DNA from: Tubulanus polymorphus
Lineage: Eukaryota; Animalia; Nemertea
NCBI RefSeq assembly: GCF_964204645.1
Contig: NC_134036.1
Span: 682,001-746,000, forward strand
Length of the DNA stretch: 64,000 nucleotides
Direction of reading: 5' to 3'
Shown here piece after piece: positions 62,724 through 64,000 of this stretch; the stretch's first letter is position 1, and every line of letters starts with the position of its first letter. The notes beneath the pieces are model-generated. The model was not told the DNA's origin, did not search any database, and saw nothing but the letters and a program-made list of their open reading frames with translations. The position numbers and the translations under genes were made by a program.

Positions 62724-64000
62724 TTGGGCTTAAAGGGCTTAACTTAAAGTGAGATTATTCAGGTTCTAAATGAATAAATTTCAGTTAAATTGGGACAAGT
62801 TTCCATTCCAAATTGGGACAAGTAATGAGATGGTCAACTGTTTGTACCATTCCTGAGTCAGGCCAGTAAAACTCTAATCAACTATAATCAGCCCCTGGGT
62901 TTACATCGTCCCTCAGCAAACCTGACAGCATTGCTGGAACCAAACAACACAACCCTGTGATTAGACTGGGTGCACAGCTGAATCCCTGCCAGGGGGAGGA
63001 TGCTCGGTCCAGAGGAGTTCAATACACTCATAGTTCCTCCCTATCTATAGTTTTAAACTCCTTAATTAAAGATGACTAGGTGACTAGACAGAATGACTAG
63101 ATGACTAAACTAGAAAGTGAAGGTATGAATTAATGCGACACAAACCGTGGCAAGTGAGGTGATGAGTAAACCCATAATAAGATTATCAGTATTCATCGGG
63201 CTGCTGCAGCATCATCCACTGGTATCTACGACGGTAATTATCCTCGTTATCAATGCAACTTTCACCAGCATCTCGTAACTAACAACCACCTTGTAATTAG
63301 TGCAGGGGTGGCTGAGGATTGAGGGGGGTAGATTAGAAACGAGATGTGGCGCCGGAGAGTCTACAGTTTACCTGACGTGTCAACACCACCACCACCACCA
63401 CACGAGCTGACTCATACATACCTCACTCACCAGGGACGGCTTCCATCACGATTCAAACCACTGAACAAGGGAGCGTTCAGAGAATTCAAGAGAACTACAA
63501 AAAGAAACAACTCAGGATTCTCTGCAACTCTGTCACTGTCAGGATTCAAACTATGAATTGTCGGGGGTGGAGAGCTCAGAGAAGAACTACAGAAAGAAAC
63601 TCTGTCACTGTCAGGATTCAAACTATCAATTGTCGGGGGTGGAGAGCTTAGAGAAGAACTACAGAAAGAAACTCTGTCACTGTCAGGATTCAAAATATCA
63701 ATTGTCGGGGCTGGAGAGCTCAGAGAAGAACTACAGAAAGAAACTCTGTCACTGTCAGGATTCAATTACTGGTCAGAGGTCCAGGACAAAACCGAAATTG
63801 CTACAAACTTGACTGAAGATCATGTAAGAAACTCTTCAGTTCCCAACAGAATTCTAACCTCACGGAGAGTTGATTTACCGGTAACTGATCCTGACATTCA
63901 GTAAACCTTCAATTAATTATGCAAATTACGACAACAACAAACTTGAAAATCTGAACAACCTGTTAGCAGCAGCAGCATCAGCAGCAGCAGCACCTGCAGT

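Noticed and set aside
63431-63460. Possible first coding exon (ATG GAA GCC GTC CCT G|GTGAGT)
   Set aside because: Phase fits, but it encodes no signal peptide and abuts satellite DNA.

Overview
AT-rich, intron-rich animal genomic DNA, probably an invertebrate bilaterian (lophotrochozoan-like; inferred, not proven). It holds two minus-strand protein genes rebuilt by hand from GT-AG junctions with consistent phases. (1) A complete 5-coding-exon Rab27 (226 aa, CXC end) at 474-2519. (2) A neogenin/DCC/frazzled netrin receptor (4 Ig, 6 FNIII, TM, P1-P2-P3; 25 coding exons, about 1415 aa) at 17804-40897, whose signal-peptide exon was not found, so 41-64 kb is probably a first intron over 23 kb. An intact tRNA-Lys(CTT) lies between the genes. 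Most other ORFs in the track are repeat artefacts. Non-coding DNA is rich in minisatellites, microsatellites, GA tracts and short palindromic MITEs: several families with CAG/CWG target duplications that nest into each other, and one TTAA piggyBac-type. Best leads: a candidate 9-nt microexon plus other splicing and structure signals in the 5-kb intron splitting FNIII-6, further candidate alternative splicing in the receptor, a duplicated Rab27 splice acceptor, a hammerhead-ribozyme core on the sense strand of an intron, and possible ancient Rab27-DCC/NEO1 linkage. All splice variants are predictions without transcript data. No prokaryote-type system (CRISPR, operon) is present.
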